A stretch of DNA of 49,404 bases from an uncultured bacterium (GCA_913050175.1 CAJXAF010000003.1:1-49404), one strand, 5' to 3'; shown: positions 1-9,531, numbered from the stretch's first letter. Notes: generated by a model from the sequence alone, not told the origin. Numbers and translations are program-made.

Positions 1-1
1 A

Positions 2-452
2 GGTGGGAATAATCTTCATATGGCTAAAATGACACGAAGTAGTCCCGCCCAAAGCATTCCTGATGGCGGAACCCATAGGATTAATTTTAATAATGAAGTA
101 TTTGACTATGGCGGTATTGCCCAGCCTGGTAATAATCGTTTTCGTATCCAACAAAACGGCGTTTATCTTGTTACGGCTTACTGGCGTTGCGGTGGGTGCA
201 CGGTCTCATCAGCAAGCCGGTGATAGTGAGCTGGCAGCCTATATCTATATAAACGGTGCTGAAAGAGGTCAATCAGATGCTTTTGTAAAGGGTCCGGTTA
301 ATGAAACTGGCTATGTTATTGTACAGGATGTTTACAGCCTTAATGCTGGAAATATTGTTACTATGCATGTTCGCCATAAAGCCGGCGGAGCACGCAACAC
401 TCAGACTGGTCTTGGCGGCAGGCCGCGGATGAGCGTTGTTCAGCTTAGGTAA
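2..452 (+). pseudogene. 3' end of a surface-type protein with a C1q/TNF-like beta-sandwich domain, split by a +1 frameshift (5' end outside window)
   Basis: Frame 2 is open from nt 2 (GGNNLHMAKMTRSSPAQSIP..INFNNEVFD..FRIQQNGVYLVTAYW) to TGA 221-223. Frame 3 carries the rest of the fold (..AAYIYING..YSLNAGNIVTMHVRH..PRMSVVQLR) to TAA 450-452. Deleting one G at 194-196 joins them. The fold call is from memory of the C1q pattern. It may be a pseudogene, recoded or an assembly error. Confidence 0.6.
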
Positions 453-489
453 ATTTAAGTATACAAATACCCCTATAGGCTATTTTTCC

Positions 490-517
490 TTCCGAAATCT
501 CTTCCTTATGGTAAAAT
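490..517 (+). promoter_or_regulatory. Extended -10 sigma70-type promoter for mnmG
   Basis: TG(509-510)-G-TAAAAT(512-517); weak -35 TTCCGA at 490-495; 9 nt from -10 to ATG; no SD. Confidence 0.5.
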
Positions 518-526
518 CTTAAAACT

Positions 527-2344
527 ATGGAGAAGTATGATTGTATTGTTGTAGGTGCTGGCCATGCTGGTATAGAGGCAGCTAATATTGCAGCTAAGCT
601 AGGTTCTTCTGTGCTCCTTTTAACTATTGACATTGAGGCGATAGGTAAGTTATCTTGTAACCCAGCAGTAGGTGGAGTTGCTAAAGGGCACTTAGTTAGA
701 GAAGTCGATGCTTTAGGTGGACTTATTGCTGAGATTACCGATCAGTCTTCTTTAGGCTATCGGATATTAAACAGGAGTAAAGGAAAGGCGGTCTGGGCAA
801 CCAGGGCTCAAGTTGATATGTACTCTTATCCAAAAGTAGCTCGCAATTACCTTGCCAGTAATAAAAATATAACTATTCTTCAAGCTAAGGCCGAAGAATT
901 GCTTATTAAGGATAAAAAGATTTGCGGTGTAAGGAATGATTCGGGCCAGATATTTAAAGCAAAGACTGTAATTATCGCCAGCGGTACTTTTCTTAAAAGT
1001 AAAATTCATATCGGCATGGATAGTTTCTCCGGTGGCAGGTTAAATGAACCTTCCAGTGATGGACTTTTTTTAAGTATCAAAAAGGCAGGTCTAAAAACAA
1101 AACACTTTAAAACCGGGACACCTGCCCGCTTGGATAAAAGAACAATTGATTTTTCTAAAATGCAGGAGCAAGTTCCTGACTCTGATGCTCTTGCTTTTTC
1201 TTTCCGAAATAAAACTATAAGAGATGTAAATTTAAGTTGTTTTATAACTCATACTAATAAAAAAACCCACAAAATAATTCTCAACAATTTAAAGTTTTCC
1301 CCGCTCTACACCGGAAAAATTAAATCAACCGGTGTAAGATACTGTCCTTCCATTGAAGACAAAGTTGTACGTTTTTCTGATCGCGACCAGCACCATGTTT
1401 TTATTGAACCGCAAGGCCAAGATTCACTTGAAATATATCCTAATGGTATCTCAACTTCTTTACCCTATGAGGTACAGCTTAAGATGATTCATTCAATCTC
1501 AGGCTTAGAAAATGCTAAGGTTTTGCAGCCGGGCTATGGAATTGAGCACGGTGTAATTGACTCACGCCAGCTTTATCCCTGGCTTGAAACAAAAACAATC
1601 AAAGGTCTTTTTTTTGCCGGTCAGGTTAATGGCACAACCGGATACGAAGAGGCTGCTAGCTTAGGGTTGATTGCTGGAATTAATGCCGGACTTTTAATTA
1701 AAAGAAAGAAGCCTTTCATTTTACCTCGCGATAAAGCCTATATCGGGGTATTAATTGATGATCTTACTAAAAAGGGTACTGATGAGCCCTACAGGATGTT
1801 TACCTCGCGAAGTGAATTCCGTCTTTCTCTTCGCGAAACAAACGCTGATTTACGCCTAGGCAGCCTGGCTTATAAGCTTTCTTTACTGTCAAAAGCTGAA
1901 TATGAATTGATTCTAAATAAGAAAAAAAGTATTGAAAATGGCCTTATTAAATTAAAAAACCTTAAGATAAATTACCAGAATAAAACAATTACCGCTTACC
2001 AACTTTTAAAAAGACCCGGCCTTGATTTAGATTCACTTAAAAAGAAAATAGATATTGAAGATCTGGGAGTAAAGCGGGAAATAGAAATATTAAGTAAATA
2101 CGAAGGCTTTTTAAAGAGAGAAAAGATCTGGGCCAGAGAAATGAATAATTTAGATAGAATAAAATTACCGAAGATTGATTTTTCTAAAATTCCATCCCTA
2201 TCAAGTGAAATAGTTGAAAAGTTAAAGAAATTTAAGCCACAATCTCTAGGTGAGGCCTTAGGTATTAGCGGCGTTACTCCGGCAGCAATTTTAGCAATTT
2301 ATAATTTTTTACGCAGCCGTAAGCTAAAAAATAAAAAATCCTAA
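527..2344 (+). CDS. mnmG: tRNA uridine-5-carboxymethylaminomethyl modification enzyme MnmG (GidA)
   Basis: VVGAGHAGIEAA FAD motif, LSCNPAVGG, FKTGTPARL, RYCPSIEDK, GQVNGTTGYEEAA, PYRMFTSR; 605 aa. Confidence 0.98.
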   Translation: MEKYDCIVVGAGHAGIEAANIAAKLGSSVLLLTIDIEAIGKLSCNPAVGGVAKGHLVREVDALGGLIAEITDQSSLGYRILNRSKGKAVWATRAQVDMYSYPKVARNYLASNKNITILQAKAEELLIKDKKICGVRNDSGQIFKAKTVIIASGTFLKSKIHIGMDSFSGGRLNEPSSDGLFLSIKKAGLKTKHFKTGTPARLDKRTIDFSKMQEQVPDSDALAFSFRNKTIRDVNLSCFITHTNKKTHKIILNNLKFSPLYTGKIKSTGVRYCPSIEDKVVRFSDRDQHHVFIEPQGQDSLEIYPNGISTSLPYEVQLKMIHSISGLENAKVLQPGYGIEHGVIDSRQLYPWLETKTIKGLFFAGQVNGTTGYEEAASLGLIAGINAGLLIKRKKPFILPRDKAYIGVLIDDLTKKGTDEPYRMFTSRSEFRLSLRETNADLRLGSLAYKLSLLSKAEYELILNKKKSIENGLIKLKNLKINYQNKTITAYQLLKRPGLDLDSLKKKIDIEDLGVKREIEILSKYEGFLKREKIWAREMNNLDRIKLPKIDFSKIPSLSSEIVEKLKKFKPQSLGEALGISGVTPAAILAIYNFLRSRKLKNKKS

Positions 2345-2345
2345 A

Positions 2346-3425
2346 CTACAAATTTAAAAACTTACCAATAAATTCAGCAAATTTCCTGCTTGCTCCATAA
2401 GGGTTAAGTATATCTTTAACCGACTCCAATTCTTTTTTTAGATTTTGGTAACTTTCAGGATTATTTAAATAATCGAGAGTTATCCTAGCCATGTTTTGAG
2501 GATTAGCTTGGTTTTGGACCAATTCTTTTACCACTGCTTTACCTTGGAGGATATTAACCATGCCAATAAATTCAGTTTTTACCAGCAGTTTCAATATAGT
2601 CCAGGAAAAAGTATTTAGCTTATACATTATTAGATAAGGTACTCCTAAGATAGCTATTTCAACAGTAGCGGTTCCCGATGAAGCAATAATAAAATTTGAC
2701 TCCTTAAGGGCTTGGTAAGAATGGGGGATAATTTCTATATCGGTTGGGAGTTTTTCGTATATTGATTGATCCAGGTTTTTTGGCCGGATGATACGGAAAG
2801 AGTAATCAGGTAATTTAGCCTTAAGTATTGATTTAGTTTTGAGCATTATTGGCAGGTGTTTTTTAACTTCATTTCTCCTTGAACCAGGTAAAAAAGATAT
2901 AATATTTTTTGCCTTTATATCTAAATCAGGAACAACCTCTAGGAGGGGGTGGCCGAAATAGGAGGCATCAATTCCTTCTTCCCTGTAGAAGTCTTGCTCA
3001 AATTTAAAGATCACGATGATTTTATCAACATAATCTCGTATAAAATTAATTCTTTTCTTTCGCCAGGCCCAGACCTGGGGACTTATGTAATAAAATACAG
3101 GATATCTTTTATCAAGTTTTTTTATTAGACGAAAATTAAAATCAGGAAAATCAATTGGGATGATTAAATCAGGCTTTAACTTATCAATCTCCGCATAAGT
3201 CTTATCAAAAATTTCTTTAATTTTTGCCAGGGAAGATAACACTTCTACCAGCCCGGAGACAGAGTGTGATAGTAAATCTATTAACTGCTGGGAATTTTTA
3301 GCTAAGTTATCTCCGCCGCAAGAGTAGAGCTTGACTTCGGGATAAATTTTAGAAAGTTGCTTACAAAGCATACCTCCATAGAGATCGCCTGACCTATCAC
3401 CGGCAATAAGAATAATTTTTTTCAT
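2346..3425 (-). CDS. lpxB: Lipid-A-disaccharide synthase
   Basis: IAGDRSGDLYG, IDFPDFN, YYISPQVWAWR, GHPL, LPGSRRNE, SSGTATVE; 359 aa. Confidence 0.97.
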   Translation of the reverse strand: MKKIILIAGDRSGDLYGGMLCKQLSKIYPEVKLYSCGGDNLAKNSQQLIDLLSHSVSGLVEVLSSLAKIKEIFDKTYAEIDKLKPDLIIPIDFPDFNFRLIKKLDKRYPVFYYISPQVWAWRKKRINFIRDYVDKIIVIFKFEQDFYREEGIDASYFGHPLLEVVPDLDIKAKNIISFLPGSRRNEVKKHLPIMLKTKSILKAKLPDYSFRIIRPKNLDQSIYEKLPTDIEIIPHSYQALKESNFIIASSGTATVEIAILGVPYLIMYKLNTFSWTILKLLVKTEFIGMVNILQGKAVVKELVQNQANPQNMARITLDYLNNPESYQNLKKELESVKDILNPYGASRKFAEFIGKFLNL

Positions 3426-3446
3426 GACTTTATTTTGGAGAATTAA

Positions 3447-4340
3447 TTATGATATCGCTTTCTGGATTTGTAAGGCTAGTGAAAGCGCATCTTTTGCTTG
3501 ATTGGCATCGTCTATTGTGAATTCAGCTTTTTTAACTGAGTTTACAAAATCAATAATTTCTTTTTTTAAAGGTTCTTCTTTAGTAATAGAAAGACTTTCT
3601 TTGGTAATTTTTGACTTTATTTTTCGATAAATTTCAACACTTTGCTTGGCATAATCAAGTGATATATAACAATTAGGCATAAATATTCTTATTTTCCGTT
3701 CTGTTTTTGCTGATATCCGGGAAGCTGTTATATTAGCCACACATCCGTTTTTAAAGCTAAGACGGGCATTGGCAATATCGTGACTTTTCGATAAAACCTT
3801 GACTCCTTTAGCTTCTAATTTTTTTACTTTATCTTTTAAAAAGTAAAGCATTATATCGAGATCGTGGATCATTAAATCAAGGACAACACTTACATCTAAA
3901 GATCTGTAGGGGTAGGGGCTAAGACGATGGCATTCGATGAATAGGGGGTTCTTGATTGATTTTTTTACAGCCAGGTAAGCGCTATTATAGCGCTCAACGT
4001 GACCTACAAAAAGTATAGTCTTGTTTTTTTTAGCTATCTCTAAGAGCTTTTCTGCCTCAGCCAGACTCTGGGTAAGCGGTTTTTCAACTAGAACCGGGAT
4101 TTTGTTTTTTAAGAAGAACTCGGCAATTTTAAAGTGAGTGGTTGTTGGCGTAGCAATACTTACTAAGTCAACTAAGCCTTTTAGCTGTTTGTAATCAGTA
4201 AAGTGAGGGCAGGTTTCATCTGTGGATAGCTTCTCTGTATCAATATCAACAAGATATATTTTCTCTATATTCTTGATTTCCTTATAGATACGAAAATGAA
4301 TACTCCCTAATCGTCCCAGACCAATTATCCCTACTCTCAT
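3447..4340 (-). CDS. Gfo/Idh/MocA oxidoreductase, GnnA-like (putative UDP-GlcNAc 3-dehydrogenase)
   Basis: GIIGLGRLG Rossmann motif, LVEKP, GHVERYN, DLMIHDLD, ANITASR; lies directly upstream of lpxB. Confidence 0.8.
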   Translation of the reverse strand: MRVGIIGLGRLGSIHFRIYKEIKNIEKIYLVDIDTEKLSTDETCPHFTDYKQLKGLVDLVSIATPTTTHFKIAEFFLKNKIPVLVEKPLTQSLAEAEKLLEIAKKNKTILFVGHVERYNSAYLAVKKSIKNPLFIECHRLSPYPYRSLDVSVVLDLMIHDLDIMLYFLKDKVKKLEAKGVKVLSKSHDIANARLSFKNGCVANITASRISAKTERKIRIFMPNCYISLDYAKQSVEIYRKIKSKITKESLSITKEEPLKKEIIDFVNSVKKAEFTIDDANQAKDALSLALQIQKAIS

Positions 4341-4382
4341 AATATTTATATTGATTTAGTTTAAGCCAATATCTGATTTTTG

Positions 4383-4411
4383 ATTGTACCAAATACCTTG
4401 TGAAAAGTCAA
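4383..4411 (-). promoter_or_regulatory. sigma70-type promoter for the GnnA-like/lpxB pair
   Basis: Minus strand: TTGACT (4411-4406), 17 nt, TACAAT (4388-4383), with TGn extension. Confidence 0.75.
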
Positions 4412-4426
4412 TTGGTGTGGTAAACT
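4398..4426 (+). promoter_or_regulatory. sigma70-type promoter for msbA
   Basis: TTGTGA (4398-4403), 17 nt, TAAACT (4421-4426), with TG at 4418-4419. Confidence 0.65.
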
Positions 4427-4486
4427 GTCGTTCATTATTTCCCTATTTTAATGATTATTTGCCGGGAGTCAATACGAGAATAAAAA

Positions 4487-6304
4487 ATGAGTAAAATTAC
4501 CAAAGATTATTTAAAGCTGTTTAAATTCACCGCCAATTACCGGGGTATTTTGGTGTTAGCAACGCTTTGCATGGGTGTTTCTACTATATTTGAAGGGGTT
4601 TCTTTTGCTGCTTTTGCCCCTCTTATTGATAGGGTTTTTACAAATGGGAAGATAGCCATTCCTGGCAATATGCCAGGTTTCGTAACCCAGATAATCGATA
4701 AATTAAACTCAATTGAGCCCGCACCTTTTCTTAAGCAGATACTTATATTTGTTGTGATTCTTTTCATTTTAAAGAATTTCTTTATGTATTTGCAAGATTT
4801 TTTAATGAATCTTGTCGGCCAGGGTGTTGTTAAGGGCGTACGTAACAAACTTTATGCTAAATTCCAAGAGCTTTCCTTAGATTTCTACGGTAAAAAAAGA
4901 GCTGGGGAATTGATGTCCAGAGTTACTAATGATGTGGCCCTTATTACTAATGCTATATCTTATGCCCTCAAAGATCTTCTTTTTGAGTCAATGAAATTGG
5001 GCCTTTTTGCTGTTACTGCTCTTTGGTTGGGATTTGCTATTTCCTGGAAACTCCAATTTGTTATTTTTATACTTTTTCCTTCGATCATGTTTCCTGTTGT
5101 AAAGATAGGTAAGAAGATAAAGAAGTTTAGTGTTGAGGTTCAAAAACGTATGGCTGATTTAAATTCTCATATGTCAGAGACTATACAAGGTGCCCAGATA
5201 GTTAAAGTTTTTTGTCGAGAGGATTATGAAATCGAAAGATTTAAAAATATTAACCAGCAGTACTATCGTTTTAATTTAAAAGCTATTCGGAGAATTTTAG
5301 CAGTGTCGCCAATAACAGAGATAGTGGGAGTTTTAGGTGTTGTAACAATTATTTCAATTATTGCTCCTGATATAATCTCCGGTAAAGTTTCTTTTGGTAT
5401 TTTTGCTACTTTTATTGGTTTTCTCTCTCAATTAATTAGACCCATGAAGAAATTATCTAATGTTTATGCCATTAATCAAAAAGCTCTGGCAGCTTCAGAG
5501 AGAATATATGATATTTTGGAAGAAAAACCAAAAATTATAGATAGTTCTAATGCTTGCGATATTGAGTCAGTAAGTGAAGGTATTAGCTTTGAGGATGTTA
5601 GTTTCCAATACAATCAGGAAGATGGGCAGGTCTTAGAGAATATAAATTTAAAAGCTCTAAAGGGTCAGACTATTGCTTTAGTCGGTCATTCTGGGGCAGG
5701 TAAAACAACTTTAATCGGACTCTTGGCACGTTTTTATGATCCTCAAAAAGGGCGTATTTTGATTGATGGAGTTGATATCAAGAGTTTAAAGGTTAAATCA
5801 TTGAGATCGTTGATTTCGGTTGTTTCTCAGGATACAGTTCTTTTTAACACCTCGATAAGGGATAATATTGCTTACGGTAATATGCAGGCAGGTGAAGAAG
5901 AAATAACCGAAGCAGCCCGAAAAGCTCAAGCTTATGATTTCATAATGAATACTCCTAAAAAATTTGATACAGTTGTAGGCGATAGAGGCTTTAGACTTTC
6001 CGGCGGTGAAAAACAAAGGATTGCCATTGCTCGGGCTATTTTAAAGAATTCCCCGATTTTAATTTTAGATGAAGCAACCAGCAATTTGGATACTGCTTCA
6101 GAGAAGTTAATAAAAGAGGCACTTTATACTCTTATGGAGGGTAAAACTGCTTTTGTTATTGCTCACAGGCTTTCTACTGTTCAAAAAGCTAATAGAATAG
6201 CTGTCCTGGAAAAGGGGAAAATTGCTGAAATTGGTACCCACTCTGACTTGATTAATAGAGATACTCTATATAAGAAACTACATAATTTACAATTTCAAGT
6301 ATAG
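4487..6304 (+). CDS. msbA: MsbA-like lipid A/core flippase ABC transporter (TMD+NBD)
   Basis: N-terminal TM helices, Walker A GHSGAGKT, LSGGEKQR signature, ILILDEATS, IAHRLST; divergent from lpxB. Confidence 0.85.
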   Translation: MSKITKDYLKLFKFTANYRGILVLATLCMGVSTIFEGVSFAAFAPLIDRVFTNGKIAIPGNMPGFVTQIIDKLNSIEPAPFLKQILIFVVILFILKNFFMYLQDFLMNLVGQGVVKGVRNKLYAKFQELSLDFYGKKRAGELMSRVTNDVALITNAISYALKDLLFESMKLGLFAVTALWLGFAISWKLQFVIFILFPSIMFPVVKIGKKIKKFSVEVQKRMADLNSHMSETIQGAQIVKVFCREDYEIERFKNINQQYYRFNLKAIRRILAVSPITEIVGVLGVVTIISIIAPDIISGKVSFGIFATFIGFLSQLIRPMKKLSNVYAINQKALAASERIYDILEEKPKIIDSSNACDIESVSEGISFEDVSFQYNQEDGQVLENINLKALKGQTIALVGHSGAGKTTLIGLLARFYDPQKGRILIDGVDIKSLKVKSLRSLISVVSQDTVLFNTSIRDNIAYGNMQAGEEEITEAARKAQAYDFIMNTPKKFDTVVGDRGFRLSGGEKQRIAIARAILKNSPILILDEATSNLDTASEKLIKEALYTLMEGKTAFVIAHRLSTVQKANRIAVLEKGKIAEIGTHSDLINRDTLYKKLHNLQFQV

Positions 6305-6397
6305 CGTTATTCTTAACCCCTTATTTTAGCCGCAAAAAGCCTAATACTTCCTTAAAAATCAGTCAATTTTACGTAATTAATATTTTTAATATAATTA

Positions 6398-6425
6398 TTG
6401 AAAATATAATAGGTTATGATATACT
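6398..6425 (+). promoter_or_regulatory. Promoter of the rpsB-tsf-pyrH-frr operon
   Basis: TTGAAA (6398-6403), 16 nt, TG-A-TATACT (6417-6425). Confidence 0.6.
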
Positions 6426-6470
6426 TTCTAAACATATTAGGTAAGAATTTGATTTGGTAAGGAAAATAAA

Positions 6471-6547
6471 GGTAATTACAGCTTGAAAAATATGCAAAAT
6501 GAGCCTCTCTTGTGAGGATAAGTTTTAAGCTTTTTCGTGTGGTTATC
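6471..6547 (+). promoter_or_regulatory. Structured rpsB 5' leader (S2 autoregulatory/t44-like position)
   Basis: GGTAATTACA (6471-6480) pairs with TGTGGTTATC (6538-6547), including G-U pairs; AGCTTGAAA pairs with TTTTAAGCT; apical CCTC/GAGG hairpin; SD AAGGAGG follows. Confidence 0.6.
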
Positions 6548-6571
6548 TGTTTTTAAGGAGGAAAAACAAAC

Positions 6572-7423
6572 ATGGCGTTACCTGACGATATTAAGGGATT
6601 ACTTGAAAACGGAGTGCATTTCGGGCATTTAAGCAAACATTGGAATCCCAAGATGAAGAACTTTATTTTTGGGAAAAAGAAGAACGTTTATATTATTGAC
6701 TTGGAAAAAACTGCCCAAAAGATACAAGAAGCCAAAGAATTTATAAAACAGAAGGCTCAAGCCGGAGAAAAAATCCTTTTTGTAGCAACTAAAAAGCAAT
6801 TACGCAGCATTGTAAAAGAATTAGCCATAGATTGTGATATGCCTTACGTTGTGGAAAGATGGGTAGGAGGTTTACTGACTAATTTTTCTACAGTTAGAAG
6901 GAGAATCAACAAATATCAAGAACTAATAGATAAGCGCGAAAAAGGCGAGTTTGAAATAATGGTTAAAAAGGAAGTCGTAAAGCTTAATCGCGAAATTGAA
7001 AGAATGGAGCGTAGCTATAGCGGTGTGGCTACTATGGGTAAGCTGCCTGATTGCGTTTTCATTGTTGATACTAAGAAAGAAACAGCTTGCGTTAGGGAAG
7101 CCAATAGGCTTTCGATACCTGTAATAGCTTTAATTGATACTGATGCTAACCCGGATATCATAGATTACCCTATTCCCGGCAATGATGATTCAATAAAATC
7201 AGTAAGACATATAGTTTCTTCCTTAGTCGAAGCCATTAAAGAGGGATTAGAAAAAAAATCCCAAAAGGACCAAGAAGTAGAAAAGGAAAAAGAAAAGCTA
7301 TCTACTTCAGACGATAAAGATAAGAAAACTTCTTCGAAACAACCTTTAGAGAATAAAAAAGAAGAAAACATAAAGAGTAAAAAAGATAAGAGCCCTGTGA
7401 GTTCACAGCAAAAGGAGGAATAG
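6572..7423 (+). CDS. rpsB: 30S ribosomal protein S2 with charged C-terminal tail
   Basis: LLENGVHFGH, WNPKM, ERWVGGLLTNF, IPGNDDSIKS. Confidence 0.99.
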   Translation: MALPDDIKGLLENGVHFGHLSKHWNPKMKNFIFGKKKNVYIIDLEKTAQKIQEAKEFIKQKAQAGEKILFVATKKQLRSIVKELAIDCDMPYVVERWVGGLLTNFSTVRRRINKYQELIDKREKGEFEIMVKKEVVKLNREIERMERSYSGVATMGKLPDCVFIVDTKKETACVREANRLSIPVIALIDTDANPDIIDYPIPGNDDSIKSVRHIVSSLVEAIKEGLEKKSQKDQEVEKEKEKLSTSDDKDKKTSSKQPLENKKEENIKSKKDKSPVSSQQKEE

Positions 7424-7424
7424 A

Positions 7425-7952
7425 ATGAGTTTGACTGAGATTAAGAAGTTAAGAGAAATGACCTCTTTAGGTATTAATGAGTGTAAAAAAGCACTTTCAG
7501 AGTCAGAGGGAGATTTTGATAAAGCCCTGACAATTTTGAGAAATAGAGGAACGCAGATGTTGGCCAAAAAAAGTTCACGCACTACTAGCGAAGGTCTAGT
7601 TGACTCCTATATTCATTTTGGCGGCAATCTAGGAGCTTTAGTTGAAATTAATTGCGAAACTGATTTTGTTGCTCGCACGGAAGTTTTTAAGAAATTTGTT
7701 AAGGATGTTGCTATGCAGGTTGCTGCTGCTTCTCCAAGCTATATTAGCAAGGATGACGTTCCCCAAGATTTAATGAAAGATTTAGAAGATCCAGATAGTT
7801 TCATAAAAGAATCTTGCTTAACTGAGCAGTCTTTTATAAAGAATAATAAAATTTCAATCGGAGATTACTTAAAAGAAATTGTTTCCAAAAGTGGAGAGAA
7901 TATTGTTATCCGTAGATTCGTGCGTTTTGGCGTAGGAGAGGATGAAAGCTAA
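7425..7952 (+). CDS. tsf: Elongation factor Ts (short form)
   Basis: [30 protein letters not shown]; follows rpsB. Confidence 0.97.
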   Translation: MSLTEIKKLREMTSLGINECKKALSESEGDFDKALTILRNRGTQMLAKKSSRTTSEGLVDSYIHFGGNLGALVEINCETDFVARTEVFKKFVKDVAMQVAAASPSYISKDDVPQDLMKDLEDPDSFIKESCLTEQSFIKNNKISIGDYLKEIVSKSGENIVIRRFVRFGVGEDES

Positions 7953-8655
7953 ATACAAAAGAATTGTATTAAAATTAAGCGGTGAAGCTTTTTTAGGAAA
8001 GCTATCGCACGGTATTGATACCTCTGTATGCTTGCGTCTGGGCGAACAGATAAAGGAAATTGTTTCTTTAGGCGTCGAAGTAGCTTTGGTTGTTGGCGGA
8101 GGCAATATTTTTAGAGGTGTAAGCCGTTCAAAAGAATTTAAAATGGAGCGAGCTGTTGCTGATTACATGGGTATGCTGGCAACAGTTTTAAATGGAATGG
8201 CTTTGCAAAATGCTTTAGAAAATCAGAGTGTTCCTAGTCGTGTAATGACAGCTATTGAAATAAATGCGATTGCTGAACCTTATATTCGTCGCCGAGCAAT
8301 AAGGCATTTGGAGAAAAAAAGAGTAGTAATATTCGTCGCCGGTACAGGCAATCCTTATTTTACTACTGACACTGCTGCTTCTTTGCGTGGTACTGAAGTA
8401 GGTGCTGATGTAGTGCTTAAAGCAACCAAGGTCGATGGAGTTTACTCTTCGGATCCCATAAAGAATAAGAGTGCCAAGTTGTTTAAAAAACTAAGTTATC
8501 TTGATGTTATAAATAAAGAACTCAAAGTAATGGATGCCACTGCCGTTACTTTATGCAAAGAAAATAACTTGCCTATTGTTGTTTTTAATTTCATGAAACA
8601 AGGAAACCTCAAGAAAGTCGTTTGCGGCCAGGACATAGGAACTACGATTGAATAG
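7942..8655 (+). CDS. pyrH: UMP kinase
   Basis: [42 protein letters not shown]. Confidence 0.99.
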   Translation: MKAKYKRIVLKLSGEAFLGKLSHGIDTSVCLRLGEQIKEIVSLGVEVALVVGGGNIFRGVSRSKEFKMERAVADYMGMLATVLNGMALQNALENQSVPSRVMTAIEINAIAEPYIRRRAIRHLEKKRVVIFVAGTGNPYFTTDTAASLRGTEVGADVVLKATKVDGVYSSDPIKNKSAKLFKKLSYLDVINKELKVMDATAVTLCKENNLPIVVFNFMKQGNLKKVVCGQDIGTTIE

Positions 8656-8706
8656 TAAACAATAATATTTTTAAACTCACGTCTTAATACTTATCGGGGA
8701 GGAGTT

Positions 8707-9267
8707 ATGATGTCAAAAGAACTTTTAAAAGAAATTGAAGTAAGCATGAAGAAAGCCATCGATGCTACTAAGAGAGAATTGGCTGAACTTCGTTCAGGAA
8801 GAGCAAATCCAAAGATGCTTGAAGGAATAAGAATCAACTATTATGGTACGCCAACGCTTCTCAAAGAGCTTGCTACTATAGGTGTGCCTGAGGCAAGAAT
8901 GGTAGTTATAAGTCCTTACGACCCCTCATCATTAAAGGAAGTTGAAAAATCAATCCTTCAATCTGATTTAGGGATTACACCGGTAAATGACGGTAAAATT
9001 ATTCGTCTGATAGTTCCTCCTTTATCAGAGGAAAGAAGACAGGATTTGATAAAGATTGTCAAAAAGGTATCTGAAGAAGGAAAAGTCTCTATACGCACTG
9101 TAAGAAGAGATGGTAAAGAGAGGATAAAAAGTTTAGAAAAAGATAAAAAGATTTCTGAAGATGAGCGGTTTCAATCAGAAGACCAATTACAAAAAATGAC
9201 TGATAAATTCATAAAAGATATAGACACGATTTTAGAAGATAAAGAAAAAGAGTTAAAAGAATTTTGA
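8707..9267 (+). CDS. frr: Ribosome recycling factor
   Basis: LRSGRANP, YYGTPT, LGITPVNDG, PPLSEERR; SD GGAGG. The start may be 8710. Confidence 0.99.
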   Translation: MMSKELLKEIEVSMKKAIDATKRELAELRSGRANPKMLEGIRINYYGTPTLLKELATIGVPEARMVVISPYDPSSLKEVEKSILQSDLGITPVNDGKIIRLIVPPLSEERRQDLIKIVKKVSEEGKVSIRTVRRDGKERIKSLEKDKKISEDERFQSEDQLQKMTDKFIKDIDTILEDKEKELKEF

Positions 9268-9301
9268 TCTAGTGATAACTTTGTTTGTAATTTGATATTA
9301 A

Positions 9302-9377
9302 GAGCCGCTAGCTCAGTTGGTAGAGCACCGCCCTTTTAAGGCGGCTGTCCCCAGTTCGACCCTGGGGCGGCTCACCA
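9302..9377 (+). tRNA. tRNA-Lys(UUU)
   Basis: Acceptor GAGCCGC/GCGGCTC, D-arm GCTC/GAGC, anticodon arm CCGCC-CTTTTAA-GGCGG, T-loop TTCGACC, encoded CCA. Confidence 0.97.
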
Positions 9378-9449
9378 TATATAGAGCTAGATAGTAACTC
9401 TTGTTTCCAAAGAGTGAAGTTAGAAGTTTATTGAAAAGTTTACCGTCAC

Positions 9450-9531
9450 GCGGACGTGGCGGAATTGGCAGACGCGCTAGACTTAGGATCTAGTCTCGTA
9501 AGAGGTGGGAGTTCAACTCTCCCCGTCCGCA
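9450..9531 (+). tRNA. tRNA-Leu(UAG), long variable arm
   Basis: Acceptor GCGGACG/CGTCCGC, anticodon arm CTAGA-CTTAGGA-TCTAG, variable arm, GTTCAACT T-loop, discriminator A; CCA not encoded. Confidence 0.97.
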
